Origin: Rickettsiales bacterium
GTDB taxonomy: Bacteria > Pseudomonadota > Alphaproteobacteria > UBA8366
DNA length: 64,000 bases
Assembly: GCA_038131165.1 (NCBI GenBank)
Contig: JAYPOZ010000003.1
Location: 26,678-90,677, forward strand
Direction: 5' to 3'
The notes under the pieces were generated by a model, which searched no databases, was not told the origin of the DNA, and saw only the letters and a program-made list of their open reading frames with translations. Positions 1 to 8,069 of the stretch are shown here, piece after piece. Each line of letters begins with the position of its first letter. Position 1 is the stretch's first letter. A program made the position numbers and the translations under genes.

Positions 1-91
1 CCATGGCCCGCGCCAGTCGAGTTCGCAACGGCGCGTCATCGTCGACGATCAACAGGCTGCGGTCGTTGATTCTCGCGTTCGGATCGTTCAT
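1..91 (-). CDS. Response regulator, receiver-domain N-terminus only (RegA/ActR/PrrA-like); gene runs off the left edge
   Basis: Too short for the ORF track. The reverse complement of 1-91 starts with ATG (comp. 89-91) and reads MNDPNARINDRSLLIVDDDAPLRTRLARAM. LLIVDDD is the acidic pocket of a CheY-like receiver. It lies 48 nt downstream of, and co-directional with, the RegB-type kinase. Confidence 0.6.
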   Translation of the reverse strand, partial: MNDPNARINDRSLLIVDDDAPLRTRLARAM

Positions 92-139
92 GCCTGTCAC
101 CGATTTCCGTGTCCCGTCTTCCAAACTTTCGACCCGCAC

Positions 140-1414
140 TCAGGCCATTTCCAGCATAGCTCTTGACCAAGAGATAGCAACCTCACCGCCGCCGCGATTG
201 CGGAAAGTCATCTGCGCGCCGGAACGCTCCAACAGACTCTGCGCGATAAAAATTCCGAGACCCATATGATCTCCCCCGCCCGAACGGGTCGAAATAAACG
301 GCTCGCCGATGACCGCAAGCACGGAGGGGGGAAACCCCGGCCCGTCGTCGCTAATGACGATGCGCACGATATCCTCGCTCCAGGAGGCTGTAAGGCTCAC
401 GCGGCGGCGGGCAAACTGCTCGGCATTCTGAATGATATTGCCCAGGCCTCGGAGAATTTCCGGCCGCCGGTCGATCAACGGTTCCGCGCCCGCTGAATCG
501 TCCGCAAGTTCGATCTCGATCGCCACCTTGCCGCCGGCCGCATCGTCGACGGCATCCTGCAAGAATACAGAAAGCGGCAGCCGCTCGAACGGCATTCCGC
601 CCCGGTCTTCGGGTTGCGCCGCAATGTCCGCCAATATGTCGCGGCACCTTTCGGACTGACTCAGCAACAACTGCACGTCTTCCGCAATTGGACTTTCCGG
701 AGCGACTTCCCGCGACAATTCGTTGGCCACGACCGAGATCGTGGCAAGCGGCGTTCCAAGTTCGTGCGCCGCCGCCGCCGCCAGACCGTCAAGGGCGGCG
801 AGTCGTTGCGCCCGCGCCAAAGCCGCCTGGGTCTCCGAGAGGGCCTGTGACATGCGCCGCGCTTCTTCAGCCACCGACCATACATAGGTCGAAATGAACA
901 CCGCTGCGACGGCGAGCGCGGTCCAAATTCCGAGGACATAGGGAAGGGGAAGGCTGAAGATATCCGGCGACCAGGGGAGCGGCAGATGGGCGTAAGCAAG
1001 GACGGTGATCGACAGCAAGGCCAAGCCGGTCAGCGTTATCGTCGCCCGCCGCGACAGGATCGTCGCAGAGACCAGTACCGGCGCCAGGATCAGGATCGAG
1101 AACGGATTGGCGAGTCCGCCCGTCAGGTATAACAGGCACGACAGCTGCACCGCGTCGAAACCCAGAAGCGCCAGCGCTTCGCCATCGGCAAGCCGCGCCC
1201 GCGACGACCGCATGGTGGCGAAAGCCAGATTGGAAGCCGCCAGGACGGAAATCGTAATGACACACAAGGTCAGCGGCAGCGGATAGCTGAGCCCGAAATG
1301 GACGATCAAGACCGTCGCCAACTGACCCGCCGCCGCGATCCAGCGAATGAGCAGAAGCGTGCGCAAGCGCACCGGGGCCGCCGGCAATTGCTGACCGGAA
1401 TGGAGGTCTGACAT
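140..1414 (-). CDS. regB: Redox-sensing membrane histidine kinase, RegB/PrrB/ActS family
   Basis: ORF 140..1585 trimmed to the ATG at comp. 1412-1414 (MSDLHSGQQ...). Multiple hydrophobic helices. GGLANPF matches the GGxxNPF quinone-site motif of RegB. H-box AAAHELGTPLATI. Conserved Cys in SERCRDIL. C-terminal HATPase motifs (DDGPGF, GLGIFIA). Confidence 0.85.
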   Translation of the reverse strand: MSDLHSGQQLPAAPVRLRTLLLIRWIAAAGQLATVLIVHFGLSYPLPLTLCVITISVLAASNLAFATMRSSRARLADGEALALLGFDAVQLSCLLYLTGGLANPFSILILAPVLVSATILSRRATITLTGLALLSITVLAYAHLPLPWSPDIFSLPLPYVLGIWTALAVAAVFISTYVWSVAEEARRMSQALSETQAALARAQRLAALDGLAAAAAHELGTPLATISVVANELSREVAPESPIAEDVQLLLSQSERCRDILADIAAQPEDRGGMPFERLPLSVFLQDAVDDAAGGKVAIEIELADDSAGAEPLIDRRPEILRGLGNIIQNAEQFARRRVSLTASWSEDIVRIVISDDGPGFPPSVLAVIGEPFISTRSGGGDHMGLGIFIAQSLLERSGAQMTFRNRGGGEVAISWSRAMLEMA

Positions 1415-1531
1415 GGTATTAAGGCCAGCACGCATCGCACGCCGGCGCAAGCCTTTGTGATGGGATACCGACCCCCTTGTCCGGCTCCGGCAAATGACGC
1501 AATTAGACATCCGCAACGCGAGGGAACGAGG

Positions 1532-2155
1532 ATGAGTAGGGAAACCCGTTGGTGGTGGATCCGACACGCGCCCGTGACGAGCCACGCCGGCCGAATCTAC
1601 GGACAGCAGGATGTGCCGGCCGATTTAACGGGCACGGCAGCGGCGATCCGCGGCCTGGCGGCGGCGCTGCCCGGCGACGCGGTGGCCCTGACGAGCGACC
1701 TGCAGCGGACCATTGCGACGGCGGAGGCCCTGTCGGCAGCCGGCTGCCGGTGGGCCGAACATCATCGCGAACCGGATTTCCGGGAACAGCATTTCGGCGA
1801 GTGGCAAGGCCTGACGTCGGAGGCGTTCACCGCCGTCCGCGACCGCCTGCCCCATTCCGGCTGGCTGGCGCCGGCGTTCGAGCGGCCGCCCGCGGGGGAA
1901 AGCTTCTCCGACGTGACGGCCCGCGTGGTGCCGGCCATTATTCGCCATACCTCCGCCCAAGCGGGACGGGATATCGTCGCCGTCGGACATGGCGGTTCGA
2001 TCCGTGCCGCGCTTGGATTTGCGCTGGGAGTCGACCCCGAATCGGCGCTGTCGTTTTCGCTCGAGACGCTCTCGCTCACCCGGTTGGACCACATCGAGAC
2101 GCGTGACGATTCCGGGGTCTGGCGGATCGTCTGCGTCAACCGTGTGTTTGGCTAG
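1532..2155 (+). CDS. Histidine phosphatase family protein (phosphoglycerate-mutase-like; possibly CobC-type alpha-ribazole phosphatase)
   Basis: ORF 1457..2155 trimmed to ATG 1532, preceded by gagggaacgagg. N-terminal WWIRHAP (RHG-type catalytic His) and distal VGHGGSIRA motif. Confidence 0.8.
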   Translation: MSRETRWWWIRHAPVTSHAGRIYGQQDVPADLTGTAAAIRGLAAALPGDAVALTSDLQRTIATAEALSAAGCRWAEHHREPDFREQHFGEWQGLTSEAFTAVRDRLPHSGWLAPAFERPPAGESFSDVTARVVPAIIRHTSAQAGRDIVAVGHGGSIRAALGFALGVDPESALSFSLETLSLTRLDHIETRDDSGVWRIVCVNRVFG

Positions 2156-2188
2156 CCCCCGCCTCCGTTGATTGATAGGGTTTCGGCC

Positions 2189-2737
2189 ATGGAATTCCCG
2201 ATCTCGCTTCAAAGTACCGGCACCATCGCCGTTCTGGCAGTCATCGTCGGTCTGTTCTGGTGGTTGCATCAGCGCCGTCCCCGAGACCTCGCCACGGGCA
2301 GCAAAATTCCAGAGCTGGGCTTTGGCTACGAATGGGTGGTCACGCCTTTGGCGAAAGCTCGGAAAGACATGCTGGAGCGTTTCCCCGAGCTCGACTCCGC
2401 ACTCGGCGACGGCCCGCGCGAAGACGTGCATCTGGTGCGCTTCGGACTGTTCAACATGACGGAAAAGATTGTCGAGAGTCATCAGATCACGCGCCCCGTG
2501 GAAATCCTCTTTTCCGACCGCACGAAGATCGAATCGGCTCTTTTCGGCGAATCGCTAAAGACAGAACGGCGGACGACGGCCGAGCCGGTCGTCGACGGCA
2601 ATCGCGTGATTTTGCCGAAGGAGGCGATGAATCCGCGCTCGACCCTCATCTACAATCTCATCCTTCGCGGCGAAGCGGGCCCGCTCGGGGTATCCGGCGA
2701 GACTGCGGAGCACGGCCCGGTCAAGCGGGTCGGCTGA
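2189..2737 (+). CDS. Hypothetical protein with one N-terminal transmembrane helix
   Basis: ORF 2168..2737 (TTG); first ATG at 2189. TM segment TGTIAVLAVIVGLFWWL followed by about 150 aa with no motif I recognise. GC-rich third positions support coding; the overlapping frames give Arg/Pro-rich shadow ORFs. Confidence 0.55.
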   Translation: MEFPISLQSTGTIAVLAVIVGLFWWLHQRRPRDLATGSKIPELGFGYEWVVTPLAKARKDMLERFPELDSALGDGPREDVHLVRFGLFNMTEKIVESHQITRPVEILFSDRTKIESALFGESLKTERRTTAEPVVDGNRVILPKEAMNPRSTLIYNLILRGEAGPLGVSGETAEHGPVKRVG

Positions 2738-2837
2738 CCGGACTGCAGATACATTTCGTAATTTAATTCAACTGACACCCCATATGTTGTATGGTTTGGG
2801 TCGATTTCCACACGGTATTTTCACTTGAGGTGTCTCC

Positions 2838-3524
2838 ATGAAGATTCGCATCCACCTTCTCGCCAGCTTGATATTCTTCACTGGAGCCTTCGCAATTCCG
2901 CCGGCCCTTGCCATCAGCGATCAGGAAGAGATGGTCCAAAAGGCCCACATTACGGTGCAGAAGGTGATGCAAAGCGACCGGATCGGCCCCGCGGTCCGCG
3001 ATGCGATCCAGCGGGCAAAGGGCATCTTGATATTCCCCTCCTTGTACAAAGGCGCGATTTTCTTCGGCGCCGAAGGCGGTAGCGGCATTCTACTTGCCAA
3101 GGGCAGCCAGGGCCGTTGGAGCTATCCGGCTTTCTACTTTCTGGGCTCCGGAAGCTTCGGCCTACAGATCGGTGCACAGGAAGCCGAAGTCCTGCTCTTG
3201 ATCATGACCGAACATGGGCTGAATGCTGTCCTCAACCAGAAGGTAAAGCTTGGCGCCGACGTCAATGCTGCGATCGGGCCCTATGGGGTTGGCGCGGAAG
3301 CCGCCACAACCGCGAACCTGGGGGCGGATATCTTGACCTATTCGCTCAATCAGGGGGCCTTCGCCGGCTTCAGCATCGAGGGCGCGGTCATCTACCCGCG
3401 GTCGGACTGGACCACCGGTTATTACGGCGACAAGGCGGCAACGTCCCGCGCCGTGGTCATCGAAGGCCTCTTCCAGAACACCCATGCGGATACGCTGCGG
3501 GAGGCCCTTATCGTCAGACCGTAG
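2838..3524 (+). CDS. Secreted SYLF (Ysc84/DUF500) domain protein
   Basis: Signal peptide MKIRIHLLASLIFFTGAFAIPPALA. GAIFFGAEGGSGILLAK...FGLQIGAQ...LGADVNAAIGP...QGAFAGFSIEGA is the typical repetitive Gly-rich SYLF pattern. RBS gaggtg upstream. Confidence 0.8.
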   Translation: MKIRIHLLASLIFFTGAFAIPPALAISDQEEMVQKAHITVQKVMQSDRIGPAVRDAIQRAKGILIFPSLYKGAIFFGAEGGSGILLAKGSQGRWSYPAFYFLGSGSFGLQIGAQEAEVLLLIMTEHGLNAVLNQKVKLGADVNAAIGPYGVGAEAATTANLGADILTYSLNQGAFAGFSIEGAVIYPRSDWTTGYYGDKAATSRAVVIEGLFQNTHADTLREALIVRP

Positions 3525-4518
3525 CAACCCGGACAGCGGCCAAGACCGCCAAGATCGAGGCGTGGACGACGCACGCATACCCGAATAGCAAGAGCGCGCG
3601 GTGCGCATCGCGCGCGGTCATCCGCGCCGTCCCGTCGCCGAACCACGGCATGGGTCGGCCTTCGGCGGAATTGGCGCCGCCAAGCTCGACCGACAGTGCG
3701 CCCGCGAACGCCGCGGCCGGCCACCCAAATGACGCCGACGGCAGTGCGGCCGCCTTGCGCCACATGATCCGAAAGGCCCGAATCGGCCGGGCGGTTGGCG
3801 CAAGGAAGCACGCGAGCACGACCAGCATTCCAGCGATGCGCCCGGGTATCCAGCCGGCAAACTTCTCGAGACGCACAGCCATCCATCCAAAACCCGCCCT
3901 TGCCGCTTCATCGCCCCCAAAGCGCTCCGCGGCCACGACGATCGCGACATAGATCAGCAGAGCCGGCAGGCCAAAAATGAGGTACCAAAAAACCGGCGCC
4001 ACCAACCACCGCCCGAACTCCGCCGCCAAATGCTCGCTAAGGGCCCGGCTGACACCGTGCGCATCGAGGGCCGAGGGCCGGCCTTTATGATATCGCGCCA
4101 CTTGTTCGCGCGCGGCCGCCACGCCGTCGCGCGTCAACGCCCGAACCGTCCGAGAGGCTTCGCCGTAGCCGCCCCGTTGGGAGACAACCAGTGAGACGAC
4201 CGCCAGGTCGAGAACCCATCCGGCGGGAAACGTCGCCGCCCATGCCTCGAGGCTTCCGCCGATAAGACCGCCGGCGATGCAGAGGACGGCGGTCACGATC
4301 GCGCCTCTCACCACCAGCGCGCGCGGCCCGCGCCGACTTCTGTTCAACCGCCGTTCCAGGAAACCGGCACAGGCCCTAAACATGGCCACCGGGTGCGGCA
4401 GGACGCGGCAGACCCAAAGCGCCCGTCCGATGACCGCCTCGACGAACAGCGCCATACAGACAAGGACGAACCTGTCCGTCGCATAGACCGCCAATTCCGG
4501 AAAATCGTACATGGCCAT
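3514..4518 (-). CDS. cobD: Adenosylcobinamide-phosphate synthase CobD/CbiB (membrane protein)
   Basis: ORF 3514..4614 trimmed to MAMYDFPELAV (ATG comp. 4516-4518; alternative at 4512). Polytopic. FGLPALLIYVAIV...AERFGGDE...WIPGRIAG segments resemble CobD/CbiB. The 3' end overlaps the SYLF gene by 11 nt (convergent). Confidence 0.8.
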   Translation of the reverse strand: MAMYDFPELAVYATDRFVLVCMALFVEAVIGRALWVCRVLPHPVAMFRACAGFLERRLNRSRRGPRALVVRGAIVTAVLCIAGGLIGGSLEAWAATFPAGWVLDLAVVSLVVSQRGGYGEASRTVRALTRDGVAAAREQVARYHKGRPSALDAHGVSRALSEHLAAEFGRWLVAPVFWYLIFGLPALLIYVAIVVAAERFGGDEAARAGFGWMAVRLEKFAGWIPGRIAGMLVVLACFLAPTARPIRAFRIMWRKAAALPSASFGWPAAAFAGALSVELGGANSAEGRPMPWFGDGTARMTARDAHRALLLFGYACVVHASILAVLAAVRVATV

Positions 4519-4612
4519 AGAATGCGGCGCGGGCCCGCAATCGGTCAATCCACCCACGGGGTGCCGCCACGCCGGACTTGACACCGGGCCCGCGATCGTT
4601 TGGCCTTCGCGC

Positions 4613-5512
4613 ATGACAGCCTTCGACGTCTATCTCATGGTCGATTGGAGCGCCTCGAGTACGCCGGTCCGCGGCAAGGACAGCATATGGATCGGCATGA
4701 CAGTGCTCCGCAATGGCCGCCCGCTGCTCTCCAAGCTGGAGAATCCGGTGACGCGGGCCGCGGCGACGGAGCGCATTGTCGCCATTGCCCGGGCCTGTCT
4801 GAACCGCGGCCACCGTATCCTCGTCGGTTTCGATTTTCCGTTCGGCTTTCCGGCCGGCACTGCTCAGGCGCTCGGCATGCGGGGTTTGCCGTGGCGGAGT
4901 ATCTGGCAGGAATTGGACGACCGAATGGAGGATCGCGTGGATAACAGAAACAACCGTTTCGACGTCGCGGAGGCGCTGAACGAGCGGTTGACTGGCGAGG
5001 CATTCCCGTTCTGGGGCCTCGCCCGGGAAGAGACCCGACCGTATCTGCTGCGTCGGGGCCGGCGGCCCCATGGCCCTGAGGATCTCGCCGAAAAAAGGCT
5101 GTGCGACCGCCGGGTGCCCTCGACACAACCGGTTTGGAAGTTGGCGGGTGCGGGATCGGTTGGCGGTCAGGTACTGACCGGCATTCCCCGCGTGTGGCAG
5201 ATACGCCGCGACCCTCATCTGGCCTTTGATTGTCAAATCTGGCCCTTCGAGACAGGACTTCGTTTCGACCCCAAACCCGCCATCGTACTGGCCGAGGTAT
5301 ACCCCTCGTTGGTCTCGCCGCAGATCTTCAAGGGCCGGCCGAAGGATGCCGGACAAGTTGCCGCCATCGGCCGCCGATACGCGGAACTCGACATCTCTGG
5401 AGCGCTACACGGATTGTTCTCCGGCGACCCTACCTTGAATCTAGAGCGTCGGCGCGCGGTCGAACGGGAGGAAGCATGGATCCTGGGCGTACAGGCCAGG
5501 AACAGCCTCTAA
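4613..5512 (+). CDS. Conserved hypothetical soluble protein (299 aa), divergent from cobD
   Basis: ORF 4511..5512 trimmed to ATG 4613 (MTAFDVYLMVDWSASSTP...). Contains ILVGFDFPFGFP and a C-terminal REEAWILG. No TM helix and no motif I can assign with confidence. Confidence 0.65.
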   Translation: MTAFDVYLMVDWSASSTPVRGKDSIWIGMTVLRNGRPLLSKLENPVTRAAATERIVAIARACLNRGHRILVGFDFPFGFPAGTAQALGMRGLPWRSIWQELDDRMEDRVDNRNNRFDVAEALNERLTGEAFPFWGLAREETRPYLLRRGRRPHGPEDLAEKRLCDRRVPSTQPVWKLAGAGSVGGQVLTGIPRVWQIRRDPHLAFDCQIWPFETGLRFDPKPAIVLAEVYPSLVSPQIFKGRPKDAGQVAAIGRRYAELDISGALHGLFSGDPTLNLERRRAVEREEAWILGVQARNSL

Positions 5513-6099
5513 TCGCGCGCGCCGAAATTCTCGAGTAGCGAGACGAGCCTTCTGTCCCGGCTTTGCCGGGCCCAACCAAGGACACTTCGGCCCGTATAGT
5601 CTTTGAGAGTCAGATCGGGTCGGCGTTGCAGCATGAATTCAACCTGAATGTAACGGCCGGCTTTCGCCGCCTGCATCAAAGGCGTCATGCCCTGACGATT
5701 CTGGATATCTGGGCTGGCCCCGGCATTCAGCAACATCTCCGAGATATCCAACTGGTTCTGTATTGCGGCCCAGCCAAGCGCGGTATTGCCTTGATTATCC
5801 TTAGCGTCGAGTTTACCCGCCACGCCGATGATTGTCTCCGCGATATCGATATTGCCGTTGATCGTGGCAATCATCAGCGGTGTCTGTCCCTCTTTATCCC
5901 TGACGTCCGGACTGTCGCCCCGCGCGAGCATATCTTGCACCGTCGCCAAATCACCGGTCCGCGCCGCAATAATAAAAGGGTGTTCAAAAATCAACTGTGA
6001 TTGCTGGGCCTGTCCTTCGCCCACCGCGCAAAAGAGCCCGGCAACCACCAAAATCCCGCCGACCAAAGCGGCCATCCTCAGACCAACGAAGCCGCGCAT
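5509..6099 (-). CDS. Periplasmic ankyrin-repeat protein
   Basis: ORF 5509..6129; start moved to MRGFVGLRMAALVGGILVVAG (comp. 6097-6099) with GGGGAGGGG upstream. Signal peptide, then at least four ANK repeats (GQTPLMIATINGNIDIAE, GNTALGWAAIQNQLDISEMLLNAGA, GMTPLMQAAKAG, GRSVLGWA). Confidence 0.8.
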   Translation of the reverse strand: MRGFVGLRMAALVGGILVVAGLFCAVGEGQAQQSQLIFEHPFIIAARTGDLATVQDMLARGDSPDVRDKEGQTPLMIATINGNIDIAETIIGVAGKLDAKDNQGNTALGWAAIQNQLDISEMLLNAGASPDIQNRQGMTPLMQAAKAGRYIQVEFMLQRRPDLTLKDYTGRSVLGWARQSRDRRLVSLLENFGARD

Positions 6100-6350
6100 T
6101 ATCTTGGCCCCTCCCCAGGGATTCGGCACATTGTTTCATCATTCCCGCAACACGGGATTTTGACAGAATCGCGGCCTGTACTGTCAAGTGTCGACCGCAT
6201 ACCAACGGGTTACTGTAGCCTGGAACTACTCCGCAGGTTAGAGTGTAGGATGGATTTGGTTTCCTTTCACGTCCTGTCTTTACGCACGGCAACCACCTCG
6301 GCTGAACGCCTCGGCGGCTGCGTCACAGTCGACCCTGGCCGGTTGTCGAA

Positions 6351-6839
6351 ATGACGACGACGGTCCCCTTTTGGCGCCGCAAGCGCCTCGATCAGATGAC
6401 CCGCGACGAATGGGAATCGCTCTGCGACGGGTGCGGCAAGTGCTGTCTGCACAAGCTGGAAGATGCGGATACGGGCGAGATCGCGATGACGGATGTCTCC
6501 TGCAGTCTGTTGGACCTCGAGACATGCCGGTGCACCGACTACCGCAACCGTCAGGCAAAGGTGCCCGATTGCGTCAGACTGACCCGCGCGAACCTGCCGA
6601 AACTAAGATGGCTGCCCGATACCTGCGCCTACAGGTTGCTCTATCAAGGCAATGATTTGCCGGAATGGCATTATCTCGTCTCGGGAGACCGGGACGCGGT
6701 CCATGCCGCCGGCGAGTCGGTGAGGGGCAAGGCCGTCTCCGAAGCGGAAGTCGATGATCTCGAGCGCCATGTGACGGACTGGCTGAACAACGCGGGCGGC
6801 GATTGGATCTATGTGCCGGAGAAGGATCCAGTCGAATAA
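6351..6839 (+). CDS. ycgN: YcgN/UPF0260 family cysteine-cluster protein
   Basis: [32 protein letters not shown]...[24 protein letters not shown] is the characteristic UPF0260 pattern. Confidence 0.85.
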   Translation: MTTTVPFWRRKRLDQMTRDEWESLCDGCGKCCLHKLEDADTGEIAMTDVSCSLLDLETCRCTDYRNRQAKVPDCVRLTRANLPKLRWLPDTCAYRLLYQGNDLPEWHYLVSGDRDAVHAAGESVRGKAVSEAEVDDLERHVTDWLNNAGGDWIYVPEKDPVE

Positions 6840-6961
6840 CGGAGCCAATTTTGTCTTTATAATAAAGAGATAGACATCCCTTTTTAATTGTTCAATTCAT
6901 CCCATCAGCCTATATTCCAGCGTCACTTCACATTCGCAATTGCCTTCCCATATTGAATTTC

Positions 6962-7378
6962 ATGAACGCCGCTCGACCCTATACATATGTTCTCGAACGC
7001 CTGACCGCGGTCGGCTTGCGACCGACACGGCAACGCTTGGCCCTGGCCAAGCTGCTGTTGGAAGCCGGGGACCGGCATATCACGGCGGAACAGTTGCACA
7101 GCGAGGCCGTCGGAGCCGGCATCAAGGTCTCGCTCGCGACCGTATACAATACCTTGCATCAATTCACGAAAGCCGCGCTGCTGCGCGAGGTGGTGGTCGA
7201 GGCCGGGCGTGCCTATTTCGACACCAATACGAGCGAACACCACCACTTGTTCCGCGAAGATACTGGCGAGTTGAGCGATATCGCCCCTGACGCCATCGCC
7301 GTATCGGAATTGCCCGTGCCGCCCGACGGCATGACAATCGACCGTGTCGAAGTGATTGTTCGTATCAAGCCGTCCTAA
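6962..7378 (+). CDS. irr: Fur-family iron response regulator Irr
   Basis: ORF 6953 (TTG)..7378; first ATG at 6962. Fur-family winged helix (GLRPTRQRLALAKLL...ATVYNTLHQF) plus the SEHHHLF triple-His motif typical of Irr. It lacks the C-terminal CxxC pairs of classical Fur. Confidence 0.8.
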   Translation: MNAARPYTYVLERLTAVGLRPTRQRLALAKLLLEAGDRHITAEQLHSEAVGAGIKVSLATVYNTLHQFTKAALLREVVVEAGRAYFDTNTSEHHHLFREDTGELSDIAPDAIAVSELPVPPDGMTIDRVEVIVRIKPS

Positions 7379-7409
7379 GTTCGCCACATCGACCAATCGG
7401 TTATTTTTT

Positions 7410-7430
7410 TTTCTAGAATAATTCTAAAAT
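7410..7430. promoter_or_regulatory. Candidate Irr box / iron control element (ICE)
   Basis: TTTCTAGAATAATTCTAAAAT. The core TAGAA(7414-7418)-N3-TTCTA(7422-7426) is a perfect inverted repeat. The right half TTCTAAA equals the ICE half-site; the left half TCTAGAA has one mismatch to TTTAGAA. Confidence 0.6.
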
Positions 7431-7432
7431 AA

Positions 7433-7461
7433 TTGACTCCGCTCCGGGCGTATCCCATATA
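7433..7461 (+). promoter_or_regulatory. Putative sigma-70 promoter of the rubrerythrin operon
   Basis: TTGACT (7433-7438), a 17-nt spacer, then CATATA (7456-7461). About 80 nt upstream of the rubrerythrin ATG. Confidence 0.4.
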
Positions 7462-7542
7462 AAGAACACGGGAACTGCCCGCACGGCATCGACCGAAGAT
7501 GTCCATGCCGGAAGAATGAACACGAGGAGTGAGGAGAGAAAA

Positions 7543-7965
7543 ATGCCGTCCCTTAAGGGTTCGAAGACCGAAGAGAATCTCAAAGCCGCCTTCGCCGGAG
7601 AAAGTCAGGCGAATCGCCGCTATCTGTATTTCGCTCAAAAGGCGGATGTTGAAGGCTACAACGACGTCGCCGCCGTTTTCCGCTCGACGGCGGAAGGCGA
7701 GACAGGTCACGCGCACGGCCATCTCGAATATCTCGAGGAAACCGGCGATCCCGCGACCGGCGAGCCGATCGGTGGCACTGCAAACAATCTCAAGGCAGCG
7801 ATTGCCGGCGAGACGCACGAGTATACCGATATGTATCCGGGCATGGCCCGCTCGGCCCGAGACGAAGGCTTTGACGAGATCGCCGACTGGTTCGAAACCC
7901 TCGCGAAGGCCGAGAAAAGCCACGCCGGGCGCTTCCAGAAAGCACTCGATACGCTCGACTCGTAA
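7543..7965 (+). CDS. Rubrerythrin-family diiron protein (no rubredoxin domain)
   Basis: ORF 7516..7965 trimmed to ATG 7543, preceded by gaggagag. [23 protein letters not shown] and [12 protein letters not shown], repeated as [13 protein letters not shown]...AEKSHAGRF. These are the two ExxH diiron half-sites. Confidence 0.85.
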   Translation: MPSLKGSKTEENLKAAFAGESQANRRYLYFAQKADVEGYNDVAAVFRSTAEGETGHAHGHLEYLEETGDPATGEPIGGTANNLKAAIAGETHEYTDMYPGMARSARDEGFDEIADWFETLAKAEKSHAGRFQKALDTLDS

Positions 7966-8004
7966 AGACTTAGGGCGCCCTGATTGCGCCCTGTAAGGTA
8001 TGGC

Positions 8005-8033
8005 GGAGTGCACAGCGGATCGCTGGGCACTCC
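8005..8033 (+). other. Intercistronic GC-rich stem-loop between the rubrerythrin and Fe-S oxidoreductase genes
   Basis: GGAGTGC-A-CAGCG-GAT-CGCTG-G-GCACTCC: 12 bp with one A/G mismatch and no downstream T-run. Confidence 0.4.
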
Positions 8034-8069
8034 CGCCGCGCCCCCAAATGAACAAGACGGAATGATCCG

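Noticed and set aside
4519-4612. Possible cobalamin riboswitch between cobD and its divergent neighbour
   Set aside because: The spacer is only 94 bp, too short for an AdoCbl riboswitch of about 200 nt plus two promoters. I did not see a B12-box-like sequence.
6160-6187. Inverted repeat TTGACAG-N14-CTGTCAA in the ankyrin/ycgN divergent spacer
   Set aside because: The 7-bp arms contain the generic -35 hexamer TTGACA on both strands. This is most simply explained as two back-to-back promoters for the divergent genes rather than a dedicated operator.
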